Origin: Planctomycetota bacterium
GTDB lineage: Bacteria > Planctomycetota > Planctomycetia > Pirellulales > Lacipirellulaceae
Assembly: GCA_029259945.1 (NCBI GenBank)
Contig: JAJDEF010000037.1
Coordinates: forward strand, 122,169 to 186,168
Reading direction: 5' to 3'
DNA: 64,000 nt
A program made the translations under genes and the position numbers. Under the pieces are notes generated by a model, which had not been told where the DNA came from, searched no databases, and saw only the letters and a list, made by a program, of their open reading frames with translations. Shown one piece after another: positions 49,544-59,399 of the stretch (the first letter of the stretch is position 1; each line of letters begins with the position of its first letter).

Positions 49544-52073
49544 CGATTTTTATCCTCTGAACATCGGCCCGAAGGTTCACATCGGGACGCGGCTGCGGCA
49601 GGTCGCCATATTTCAAATGGGCAACGACGACCGTCACGCCCTGAATCTGGGAAGCAGCGGGAATCACTTCAGTGCCGGGCAAAACTTGGTCAACCACAGC
49701 GACCAGCCGAGTTTCTTCTCGCTGCATTTGGCGTTGATCTTCTTCGGCCGGAAGATGAAACGCAAGTTTTACTAGGGCATCGGTATCCAGCGAATTGGCA
49801 GTCGAACCCTGCTTGGCTTCCTTGCGTTGCTCGGCATACGGAATTTTTTCTGGTGAGTAGAACATCGTGGTAAGCCCCAAGACAGCCGAGTCACTGTTGC
49901 GAAGATCGCCAATCCAAGCACCTCGATACTCGGGCCGCTCCGCCCGGTCGAAACGGCGCTGAATCACGGCGACCTGCCGCAAGTTGAGCCCTGAAAAATT
50001 TTCGACCTGCTCGTGTCCACGCGAAGAGACGCCCAGTCGCAGTGTTCCTTCGAGTTCGTAAATTTCTTCGCTACGTATCGTGCGACGCGACGCCGACGCG
50101 ACAGTCAGCCCGCGGAGGTGGGCCTCCCGCTTTTTCTCAAAAAGAACCTGCTCGCTACTATCGCCAACCTTTAACGGATTTTCGTCTGAAGAAGCAAACG
50201 GCAAAGCGACTGCCGTGGGATGCTGATAAGCAATGTCGTAGATAGTCGATAACGACGAATACAAAGCCGTATAACGGCTTAACAATCCGCGTGGATGGTT
50301 GCCGTGCAACTCCAAAACGGCCACTTCGGTCTGCGAACGGACAAATCCAATATCGAGTTGCACCATGCGAACGATGGCAAAAGTCCCCAACACCGCAATG
50401 ACCGGCGCAGCAATCCATGCCCACTCGACTCGCCGCAAGGTGCGAAAGATAACCCAGTTCATCGGCACTAACACCACCAAATAAGCTGCCAGACAAGCGA
50501 CCACAAAACCAGCGCCAGGGATACGCACGGCAGCAGCTTCTTCAAGAACTTCTCGCGCAGCGATCGATACCGGACTTGTATGGCTCCAAGCTCCCAGCCC
50601 GCCCGGCCGATCAACTTTTTCGTGGATCGAAGTTTCTGACATCCCAAATTGGTTGGCCGCCGTGGTTTCAATGCGTCGATAGTTTGCTGCGGCAGACGTA
50701 TCACGTGCGAACATCCGTGAGCTCGTGATAAAATGAGCATCCAACCGATGAGGTTCATAGTCAGCCCAATTCACCTGAGATCCGCCATAGGGCCCTTGGG
50801 TAAATTGCCGTCGGGGGCGTCGCAACAGACCGGCATTCAAAAAACTATCGTAGCCGGGCCAATTAATCAGTTCGCGTTCTGCGAGTTGAACCGCAGAAAC
50901 AACCACGGTGCCTTGCCCTACGCCCAACTCATAAAAGAGTTGCCCTCCGCCCACCAATTCACTGGCATTGTCCCGTGCTCGAAGATCAATACCCGACCAT
51001 GGCAGCGAGGCTCTTAATACCGGCGGGCGGTTACCGCTATTTCTATTGGCCCAGTAGTTCGACCACGGCTCAAGATCACTCGAGGTGAACTTACGCGGGC
51101 CACCACTTTCGGCAGGCAACCACTCATCAAGAAAACTTCCTCGCAGTGTTTCGAGTGAATCAGGCCCATTGATAATGAGCCGTCCCCCCCAATGCAACCA
51201 ATCGACGAGGGCCTCCTGTTGTTCCGTCGACAGGCGAGTCGGATCGACTTCGTCCCAAACAAGGTAAGCAATGCTCGACCAAGCAAGCGGATTGACAGAG
51301 AGCGGAATCTCTTTGGTCGCATCCGAAAGAACGACCCGATAATGGGAAGCCGAAGATTCGTCGAACTCCTCTTCCCAAGGGGCACGTACCGTGTCGGTCA
51401 CTTTCAAAAAACCATAGCGAGAGACTTCTTTGGCCAACACCACGAAAAAGTATTGGTACGAGGGCATCTCCACAAGGCTCGGCGTCTTCGCAACCACCTC
51501 GCCGCCCGTCTTACGATTGACAAGAGCTGCTCGAACTCGTTTGCCCGTCGTATATTCGGGAACAAACAACTCGCTCTCAATGAACTTCGCTCGCCCCTTG
51601 GCCAAGGCAACCGGTCGGGTCGCCAGCATACGATAGCGCGTATTTTGTAAAATCGTGGGCTGATTGCGATTGTCGAGCAGATGCACCGAAATTTGGCCGA
51701 CGAAATCGTCGTCGTTGGCTTTCATCCGCTGAACCGTCGGAGTCCAATGCCCCGGCTTCACCAGCAAACGCGCTCCGACAGGCTCCCCGGTTTCTGCAAC
51801 CTCCTTACCGACATTTAGCTCTCGCCCAAGTTGCGGTAGTAATTCTCCGATTTCAAGAGGCCGCTTTATCTTCGTCTCTGCCTCTGCTTCTTTCTTACTC
51901 TTTTCTTCGATCTGCTTTGCGGCTTGCTCAGCCGTCAACGGAGAGTCGCAGCCGCCACAGCCAGTGGTGGCTAACATCGTCACAACAAACAGCGCAAGGA
52001 CGGCATGCCACATTGCCATTCCGAAGAAACTCGCAGGCGGTGTTATCGGTGAACTAGGAAGGTTGGCAAGCAT
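49536..52073 (-). CDS. Large membrane-anchored hypothetical protein (glutamine-amidotransferase-like middle region; ABC-system accessory)
   Basis: TTGC lipobox-like; LVDWLHWGGRLII; YLVVLVPMNW TM pair; overlaps the ABC ATPase start by 8 bp; start uncertain. Confidence 0.7.
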   Translation of the reverse strand: MLANLPSSPITPPASFFGMAMWHAVLALFVVTMLATTGCGGCDSPLTAEQAAKQIEEKSKKEAEAETKIKRPLEIGELLPQLGRELNVGKEVAETGEPVGARLLVKPGHWTPTVQRMKANDDDFVGQISVHLLDNRNQPTILQNTRYRMLATRPVALAKGRAKFIESELFVPEYTTGKRVRAALVNRKTGGEVVAKTPSLVEMPSYQYFFVVLAKEVSRYGFLKVTDTVRAPWEEEFDESSASHYRVVLSDATKEIPLSVNPLAWSSIAYLVWDEVDPTRLSTEQQEALVDWLHWGGRLIINGPDSLETLRGSFLDEWLPAESGGPRKFTSSDLEPWSNYWANRNSGNRPPVLRASLPWSGIDLRARDNASELVGGGQLFYELGVGQGTVVVSAVQLAERELINWPGYDSFLNAGLLRRPRRQFTQGPYGGSQVNWADYEPHRLDAHFITSSRMFARDTSAAANYRRIETTAANQFGMSETSIHEKVDRPGGLGAWSHTSPVSIAAREVLEEAAAVRIPGAGFVVACLAAYLVVLVPMNWVIFRTLRRVEWAWIAAPVIAVLGTFAIVRMVQLDIGFVRSQTEVAVLELHGNHPRGLLSRYTALYSSLSTIYDIAYQHPTAVALPFASSDENPLKVGDSSEQVLFEKKREAHLRGLTVASASRRTIRSEEIYELEGTLRLGVSSRGHEQVENFSGLNLRQVAVIQRRFDRAERPEYRGAWIGDLRNSDSAVLGLTTMFYSPEKIPYAEQRKEAKQGSTANSLDTDALVKLAFHLPAEEDQRQMQREETRLVAVVDQVLPGTEVIPAASQIQGVTVVVAHLKYGDLPQPRPDVNLRADVQRIKIDD

Positions 52074-52179
52074 CGGCAGCAAGCTCTGGTAGAATCGAGT
52101 GCAAGAATCATCGCTTGACATTCTAGCGGATTCCGCCCAGCAGTACACGTCGCTACCTAGTGCTTTGTCACAGCAAAGA

Positions 52180-53826
52180 TTAGGACACGGACCGACGACC
52201 TGCCGGCATAGCAATCAGCAGGATCACGATTACTACCGCGCTCACCACCAAGGCAACTGCCAGACAGAGGGCCGCAACTCGATCTTCGGCACCATAGTGT
52301 AATAACCCAAATATACGCATCGACAGGGTCGTGACGCCCGGTGGTGCAACCAGCAACGTCGCAGCCAAGTCGCCCATCGCAACGATCATAGCCATACCGC
52401 CAGCCGCAACCACCGCAGGCCAGCGCAGCGGCAAGACAACGCAAACCAGTTGCCGCCACCACCCGGCACCATCACTCGTTGCACTGTCCAATACATCTTG
52501 AGAGACACTGGCAAACTGCGACCATAATAAAAGCGTGGTCAAAGGCAACGCTCGAAAAAACTGAATCAACGACGGGGCAAAAATCGTGTGGTTGTAGCAC
52601 CAAGTGAGTGGCCAAAGGATCGAGTCGTCGGGTTGGTTCAACACACGAATCAACCACACAGCTAAAAGCGGCCCTGGAACCGAAAATCCTAAGGCAAGCA
52701 ACGATGCAATCGGAAAAGCTGGCAAGCTGCCCGACCGGAGCGACCAAGCAAGTACGACGCCGACCAAAGTCGCTGCAACGACGGCAGCCGAACCGATGGC
52801 AAACGTCCACCCCCATTCCCTGCGATGCTCCCAAAAGCTGTCGACCACCATGCGGCCAGATTTCTTGGCCGACCAACTACGCACAACTTCTTGGTCTACT
52901 CGTGCAGTCGTGACACCCGTTTTATTGACGAGACTGGCCGCTGGGACCCCCACCATCCCCACAAGAATAACCGCCGTTGCAAGAGCAAATCCCCAACGAC
53001 CCCACCGAAGATTCCAAATCCAATCCGCAGACGTGGACACCGCGTCCGAAGATGGCAACCACGATCTAATTGCAGCTAGCGCTGCAAACACCAACGCCAT
53101 CACAACACCCGTGCCAACCCACAGATCACTGGCAGCCAGCTGCGAAATATTTTCCAACTCCACGTTGCTCGAGGCACCCATCCCCAAGGGTTCCGTCAAA
53201 ACACCCAGATTGGCGGCCGTATAAATTTCTTCGGCAAAGGTGCGTATTTGAAACAAATCAGTGACCGCGATCTCGCCAAAACAGAGAACCGCGATCCACA
53301 AAGCCGCCGCGACAATGCCTGCCGTGGCTCCACGAAGACTAACTCGCCGAAGCACTCGCCACGAGGAAGCATCCTGAAGCGACTCCTCTTCAAGCTCTGG
53401 TCGGAGACTCCTTAGCGATGCCGCCACAAACAAAACGACCCAGGGAATCGCGGCGAAACCATGCACCCAAATACTGGCCATCCAACCGGTGAACCAAATC
53501 GACGCATCCAGCCCGGTGGTTAGCCAGCCACTATGTCCCAAGGCTGCCTTCCACGCGGTCGCATGGACGTATAGCGGAATAAACAACAGCGCCACGAGCA
53601 GCCCTTCGACCAACCGACGACCAGGCATCGAGGTCTTAACGACGGTCACTGCTAGCAGCACCCCAAGCGGAAGACTCACCGCTAACGTTCCCGCAGCAAG
53701 CAGCGACGAATTCATGAGCAGCCCCCGGAGCCGCACACTTGCTAAAGCAATAAAGATAGCCAACCCGAAAAAGCTGAGGACAAACCACCGGACTGCAAGC
53801 AATTTGTCAGAGCGGGACAAGGTCAT
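52180..53826 (-). CDS. ABC transporter permease (FbpB/ThiP-like, duplicated binding-protein-dependent permease domain)
   Basis: Two EAA-like loops (LEEESLQDASSWR; VLDSATSDGAGWW); FIPLYV; APPGVTTLSMRIF. Confidence 0.85.
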   Translation of the reverse strand: MTLSRSDKLLAVRWFVLSFFGLAIFIALASVRLRGLLMNSSLLAAGTLAVSLPLGVLLAVTVVKTSMPGRRLVEGLLVALLFIPLYVHATAWKAALGHSGWLTTGLDASIWFTGWMASIWVHGFAAIPWVVLFVAASLRSLRPELEEESLQDASSWRVLRRVSLRGATAGIVAAALWIAVLCFGEIAVTDLFQIRTFAEEIYTAANLGVLTEPLGMGASSNVELENISQLAASDLWVGTGVVMALVFAALAAIRSWLPSSDAVSTSADWIWNLRWGRWGFALATAVILVGMVGVPAASLVNKTGVTTARVDQEVVRSWSAKKSGRMVVDSFWEHRREWGWTFAIGSAAVVAATLVGVVLAWSLRSGSLPAFPIASLLALGFSVPGPLLAVWLIRVLNQPDDSILWPLTWCYNHTIFAPSLIQFFRALPLTTLLLWSQFASVSQDVLDSATSDGAGWWRQLVCVVLPLRWPAVVAAGGMAMIVAMGDLAATLLVAPPGVTTLSMRIFGLLHYGAEDRVAALCLAVALVVSAVVIVILLIAMPAGRRSVS

Positions 53827-54056
53827 TCGCTGTTCATCAAAGATAGGAGAAATCTTGCTAGCAATACGGCCCTCTAGTCTACCAGCAGGTACACCGATCA
53901 GGTATTGCACGATTAACCGGCCTTACCAAGAAGTTGGCATGGCGAGGTGGGCGACGATTTGCTAGTCTCCCGCGTCGCTTTCGAGACCAAAATTACCGGT
54001 CTTTGACTCGGCCATTCCCGTGCTATTTGCCCCCCATCGCTGTATCCAGGCGTTCT

Positions 54057-54749
54057 ATGGCTTCTACATTTCCGAAATCTCGGCAAAAGATCTGGCAGCT
54101 GGCCTCCCTCGCTAGCTTCGTGGTAATGACAACGGCCGGATGTACTGCTTGGCCATTCCATGCGAAAAGAAACACAACCGTTATCACCCCCGGCATGCGT
54201 ATCGCTGCCGTACGCGAAATGGCTGCTCAGGCCTCGGACATTGACAATGCCGAGCAACTTCGACTGACCGAGCAATTGGCGACCCAAATTCAGACCGAAC
54301 CCGATCCGCTCGTCCGAGAGGCCATCCAAAAAACAATCGCTGAATATTCGACGCCCTTGGCGCAACAAGTCTTGATCGCCGGACTCCAAGACGACGATCT
54401 TGATGTCCGCCTTGCCTGCTGCAGCAAACTAGCTGGACGCACTGAATCGGCTGTCGTCAGTGCATTAAGACAGGTGATCGAGAATGATGAAGAACTAGAT
54501 GTGCGACTCGGCGCGGTCGACGCGCTAGGAAAAATATCTTCAGCCGAGAGCGTAAGTGCGCTGGCCATCGCGTTGAAAGATCGCGACCCTGCAATGCAGT
54601 ATGCTGGAGTCCAATCACTGAAAGCAATCAGCGGCCAAGATTTGGGGAACGACGTCAAAGCCTGGCAGCAATACGCCGAGGGCGAGCAACCCACAATCTC
54701 ACCACGCATTTCTGTGGCAGAGCGAGTAAAGCAGTACTCGCCCTTCTAA
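54057..54749 (+). CDS. HEAT-repeat lipoprotein
   Basis: TTAGC lipobox; repeated DPLVRE / DLDVRL / ELDVRL / DPAMQ HEAT units. Confidence 0.8.
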   Translation: MASTFPKSRQKIWQLASLASFVVMTTAGCTAWPFHAKRNTTVITPGMRIAAVREMAAQASDIDNAEQLRLTEQLATQIQTEPDPLVREAIQKTIAEYSTPLAQQVLIAGLQDDDLDVRLACCSKLAGRTESAVVSALRQVIENDEELDVRLGAVDALGKISSAESVSALAIALKDRDPAMQYAGVQSLKAISGQDLGNDVKAWQQYAEGEQPTISPRISVAERVKQYSPF

Positions 54750-55047
54750 ATTGCTACTCTATTGCAGCATGACACTCTTTTTCTCTGCTGTCATTGCTAT
54801 CGGTTTGTATTCTCGCCAATAGCTTATGCTCTAGTCCCCCTAGTCTCCCGTTATTCCATGCTCGGTTGAAAACTCTATCATCTGGGTGAATTTCTTCACC
54901 GACTCGCCCGATATCAAAGGCATCGGGCTGCGAACAACTCGCGCCAGACCGGAACAGCTCGTGCTAACAAAGATTCAGCACAAGGTGGGGCATTTTTGGG
55001 CAGCTTTTGCCCAGACACGAGAGACGGAAATCCAGGGGGGGAATTCA

Positions 55048-56625
55048 ATGCAACGCAGCTTGCCTGCCTACGGGAGCGGTATCGTTGCGCTTTTTGCGCT
55101 TCACTTCGCCACGTTTGCGACTCTTTGCCCCCAAATTGCGAGGGGCTTCGAAAATTCGCTCGAGACGGTTGAGATCAACGCGACCTCGACGCTTGGCGTA
55201 CGAGTCGAACCCCAGAATCGAATCCTGCAATCTGAGGTGCTCAATTTTACGAGTCACCGCATTGCGGCGAAGACAAGAAAAACGACCAAAAAACAATCTC
55301 CGGCAAAGACGCCTCCATTCATTAAGTGGGTCTCGCCCAGAATCACTTCAACTGACTCCGACTCCAGGGCGGACGTCACAGACCGTAGCCAGCCAGCACA
55401 AGCGAGAGTACAAGTTGCTCGCCGCATTCGCCCCGCTCGATCTGCTCCAACACCGCGGCCAGTTCAACATCGCATCGCCAAAGCAACCAAGTTGCCCAAA
55501 CCTCGCGTCCTAGAGTTACCAACCGAAGCCAGAAACGACCCAACCCCCAGACTCGAATTCCCCGCCAATCCGACTCTATCAACGCCAACCGACTTACCGC
55601 CACTCACAAAGAGCCAACAACAGCTGCGTACGAAAATTCGTCGCGTCCTGACCGACTATTACAACCGACCGCTGAATACTCGCGACCGTAGCCCGTGGGA
55701 ATTACTACACGCGGTACTCTCCTTTGAAACACACAGCAAGGTATTGCAAGGTGGCCCCAATGGCAAACCCATCACGGCCGTCGGTTGGCTCTGCTTCAAC
55801 CAAGCTTGTCGTAAACGCACGCTGATGTACGTCAACGACGAGGGCAATCTACAGGTACGGGTTGGCCCAGCCCTGCAAGGGCACCGCGGGCAACTTCTCG
55901 CGATGCTTGCTCAAGCGAAGGTGAAGCCTGACTATCCGATGCGTATCGAGAAGCAAGACTTTGCGGTCTACGACCTGATCGAAATGGAAAAGCGAACCTG
56001 CTATCCGCGCACAGAGTTGACCTTCAAACTGATTGGCCTCTCCCATTATCTCGAAAGCGATGCCACCTGGATGAACGACCAGGGCATGCAGTGGAATATT
56101 CCAAAATTGATTTCGGAGGAAATACGCCAACCCGTCCGTGGCGCAGCATGTGGCGGAACGCATCGCTTGGCTGGCCTCACACTTGCTTATAAAAATCGCT
56201 TAAAGCAGGGCGGCTCGGTCGATGGCCAATACTTAAAAGCAAAGAAATTCGTTACCCGTTACCAGCAATACGCCTACAAACTACAAAACCGCGATGGGAG
56301 CTTTAGCACCGAGTGGTTTCGCGGGCAAGGCAACGAGCAAAGCGTCGATCGCAAACTAAAAACGACGGGGCATATTCTTGAATGGCTCCTCTACGCCGCT
56401 TCCGAAAAAGAGCTCAAACATTGGAAGACGGCTAAAGCTGCGAACTACCTCGCGAATATTATGCACAGCAATCGACGCAAAGACTGGGAAGCAGGGCCCC
56501 TGGGGCACGCGATTCATGCTCTGTTGCTCTACGATCGACTGGTTTTCAAACCTTATGACAATCAAAATCCTCTCCCTGTCGCAGGCAAATCGGTGCCTTC
56601 CGCGTCCGCCCACAAGAAGCGATAA
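55048..56625 (+). CDS. Secreted hypothetical protein with a Pro/Thr/Arg-rich linker and a helical C-terminal domain
   Basis: Signal-like N-terminus; ACGGTHRL, TTGHILEWL, GPLGHAIHALLLY motifs; no function recognised. Confidence 0.75.
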   Translation: MQRSLPAYGSGIVALFALHFATFATLCPQIARGFENSLETVEINATSTLGVRVEPQNRILQSEVLNFTSHRIAAKTRKTTKKQSPAKTPPFIKWVSPRITSTDSDSRADVTDRSQPAQARVQVARRIRPARSAPTPRPVQHRIAKATKLPKPRVLELPTEARNDPTPRLEFPANPTLSTPTDLPPLTKSQQQLRTKIRRVLTDYYNRPLNTRDRSPWELLHAVLSFETHSKVLQGGPNGKPITAVGWLCFNQACRKRTLMYVNDEGNLQVRVGPALQGHRGQLLAMLAQAKVKPDYPMRIEKQDFAVYDLIEMEKRTCYPRTELTFKLIGLSHYLESDATWMNDQGMQWNIPKLISEEIRQPVRGAACGGTHRLAGLTLAYKNRLKQGGSVDGQYLKAKKFVTRYQQYAYKLQNRDGSFSTEWFRGQGNEQSVDRKLKTTGHILEWLLYAASEKELKHWKTAKAANYLANIMHSNRRKDWEAGPLGHAIHALLLYDRLVFKPYDNQNPLPVAGKSVPSASAHKKR

Positions 56626-56749
56626 GCCCTGGCACGAAGCCTCCATTGAATTAGTGACTCGCCTGCATTAGATTGCAGTGGCACATGATTGCCCTACCCC
56701 GCTCTATTCAGGTGAACCGCCCCGTTCCGCTTGGTGTAACAGCTTCCTC

Positions 56750-57685
56750 ATGGCGCCCTCAATCAAGTTTACCGATCAGCTAGAAACCTTTTGCGATATC
56801 GCTACGCGATTGGCGAAACGCGAAGAGGCCGATGCTCTTCTCTTTTTGCTTGAAGGTTCGCTCGATTGGGAAAAGCTTCGGAAAGCAACAGGCAAGCTAC
56901 CCGTTCTGCTCGCCAGCGATCGCCACCACCATCTAGACAAGGCCGAAGAAGCTGGTTTCGACACAGTCGAGTTGAATATCCCAGACAGCCCGGTCTACGA
57001 AAGACTCACCCAAGCCCTGCTCGAAGGCGTTGCCGACGATGTACTCGCACCCGGTGCTTGTGTGGTTGCGCTCTACAGTGGATTTGAGGTGAAAACTATC
57101 GACTCGCTTAGTCTGATTCGATTAGACGAGCATCTGGGCCGACTCACCGTCCATGATCTTCGACAACTTGAAACCCGAGTCCCGTTCGAAACTCTCAAAA
57201 TCGCAGTCGATCTGGCCGTTGCGATTGGACGCGAAGGACGCGAAGGCAAACCGGTCGGCACACTCTTTATTGTTGGCGATCATCGCAAAGTGCTAAAGCA
57301 TTGCCACCCGCTTGGGTTCGATCCCGTTCGAGGGTACAACACCAGCGAAAGACGACTGAAAGACCGAAAGGTCCGCGAATCAATCAAAGAAATCGCGCAG
57401 CTCGATGGAGCTCTGATCATCGCTTCCGATGGCACCGTCGTGGCGGCATGTCAGTATATTTCTTCTCTGGCTGACGAAATTTCGCTGACCAAGGGCTTGG
57501 GCGCCCGACACTGGGCGGCGGCATCGATCAGTCGCTCGACCGCTGCGGTTGCCGTAACCGTCAGCGAATCAAATGGCACGGTCCGCGTTTTTCAAAACGG
57601 GGAAGTCATGCTCCGCATCGAACCCTTCCGTCGAACAATGAAGTGGAAAGATTTCGAGTACGGACCACCCTCTGCCAACGACTGA
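56750..57685 (+). CDS. Diadenylate cyclase (DisA_N/DAC domain) with DacZ-like architecture
   Basis: AQLDGA, GLGARHWAA, VSESNG DAC motifs; REGREGKPVGTLFIVGD; soluble N-terminal alpha/beta region. Confidence 0.85.
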   Translation: MAPSIKFTDQLETFCDIATRLAKREEADALLFLLEGSLDWEKLRKATGKLPVLLASDRHHHLDKAEEAGFDTVELNIPDSPVYERLTQALLEGVADDVLAPGACVVALYSGFEVKTIDSLSLIRLDEHLGRLTVHDLRQLETRVPFETLKIAVDLAVAIGREGREGKPVGTLFIVGDHRKVLKHCHPLGFDPVRGYNTSERRLKDRKVRESIKEIAQLDGALIIASDGTVVAACQYISSLADEISLTKGLGARHWAAASISRSTAAVAVTVSESNGTVRVFQNGEVMLRIEPFRRTMKWKDFEYGPPSAND

Positions 57686-57736
57686 ACCCGCCTCTCGTCC
57701 TCATATCCGCAGACAAGACCGCTAGCGGCTTTAGGA

Positions 57737-59236
57737 TCAGACGTCTAATTCCTGTTCCTGTTTCACCGATTCCGGCGAGTCAGTCACATGGACACATGTC
57801 CCATCATGCAAGTAGACGGCGCTACCACCAGCAACAATGGCCGCCGCCAACGCGTTTTCGACGCGTTGAAGCGATGCTCCGGGCGATTCATCGGAGCCAA
57901 CCTGAGCCACGCCAATGCTCACCGTGTAGCTCAACGCGGGATACTGATCGTCGTAGTACTCGGCAGCCTCGTGACGCAGTCGTTGTAAAGGAATTAGTAC
58001 GCTTTCCTCGACGGTAGACGGGAAAAGAATTCCCAGACTATTTCCGTCGTATCTCGCCACCAAATCGGTTTCGCGTGTAACCGAAGTCGCCAGTCGCGCC
58101 ACCTTTGCTAATAAACTTTTGCGAGCACGGACATCATATTCTGTCCCGGCAAGCAAACTGTCGATGGTAACGATCGCCACCGAGAGGTCTCCCCCGTAGC
58201 GATGTGTCTCTGCCGCGCGACGGCGAAACTCTTCGAGAAAAACTTTTTGCGTCGGCACGCCTGTTGTTTCGTCTGTGTAGGCATCTTTCAGCTTCGATGC
58301 CAGCGTCGAATCGGCGGCACCCACCGTCGACTCGGTGGCGATGCCTTGCCCAAAGCGTAAACAGCCCGTTCCATCGTGAAAGTGAACACAATTGCGCCCT
58401 GCTTCCTTCGAGCTGTATAAAGCAGCATCAGCCCGCTGTATAAACGACGTGATATCCTCGCCGGGCAATATCTGTGCCACGCCAAGGCTTGCCGTCAAAC
58501 TTAGGCGAAGCCCTTGATGGGGGAACTTCGATGACTCAATGAGATTACGAACTCGCTCTGCGCTTTCTTTCGCGCCGTCGAGATTGACGCCCGATAGGAT
58601 CACCCCGAACTCTTCTCCACCGTAACGAGCAACAAGATCTTGATCCCGCATTGTATGCTGCAAGACCTTGGCAAACGCCTCGAGCACCGTATCTCCCGCC
58701 TGATGCCCGTACCGATCATTGAAATTCTTGAAGTGGTCGATATCTAGCAAGATCAGACAGATGGGCGTCTGTTCTCGATTCCAATCCTTACGCCGTCGTG
58801 ATAGTTCAAAATCATAAGCCCGACGGTTCGCGATCCCCGTCAAAGCATCGGTAAGGACGTCTTTTTCATGGGCCTCTCGCAATTCCTCCATGGCCGATAG
58901 ACGGCCATCGCTCAACGTACCCGCCAGTACGGCAACGACCAGCAAGTTGGCCGACCACAGAACAAACGCCATGGGCTCTTCTAAAGGAACTCCGATACCC
59001 AAACTCGGCAGAAACGAGACCGAAGCAGTCATGACACATAGAAGTGCCATCATCCGAGCTCGATACGCGCCTCGAAAAAAACCAGCGAGCACCACCGGCA
59101 CATAATAACAGTGCAGCAGCACCGGATTACCGACATCGTAAGACCACAGCAATAGCGTCACCCCTAAAACGACTGCAACTAACAGCCCTTCCAGCAGCAA
59201 ATGCTGTTTCGATGATTCTTTGTCAGTGTTTGTCAC
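57737..59236 (-). CDS. Membrane diguanylate cyclase with tandem GGDEF domains (one canonical, one degenerate)
   Basis: About 4 TM helices; DALTGIANRR, DIDHFKNFNDRYGHQAGD, RDQD I-site, RYGGEEF; second domain RETD...RYDGNSL. Confidence 0.92.
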   Translation of the reverse strand: MTNTDKESSKQHLLLEGLLVAVVLGVTLLLWSYDVGNPVLLHCYYVPVVLAGFFRGAYRARMMALLCVMTASVSFLPSLGIGVPLEEPMAFVLWSANLLVVAVLAGTLSDGRLSAMEELREAHEKDVLTDALTGIANRRAYDFELSRRRKDWNREQTPICLILLDIDHFKNFNDRYGHQAGDTVLEAFAKVLQHTMRDQDLVARYGGEEFGVILSGVNLDGAKESAERVRNLIESSKFPHQGLRLSLTASLGVAQILPGEDITSFIQRADAALYSSKEAGRNCVHFHDGTGCLRFGQGIATESTVGAADSTLASKLKDAYTDETTGVPTQKVFLEEFRRRAAETHRYGGDLSVAIVTIDSLLAGTEYDVRARKSLLAKVARLATSVTRETDLVARYDGNSLGILFPSTVEESVLIPLQRLRHEAAEYYDDQYPALSYTVSIGVAQVGSDESPGASLQRVENALAAAIVAGGSAVYLHDGTCVHVTDSPESVKQEQELDV

Positions 59237-59399
59237 GTAATACCGCTCTCAGGGTGGAACAAAAATGCTCCACCGAAGCTATCCGTCTTGATTATTGTCG
59301 TTATTCGAGATACTAAGGCACAACGATAGCCGCATCTCTTCAGTAATTTAGCTCACACTAGCTGGGGGGGTATGCACTCTGCAGGAAGAATAATGAACT

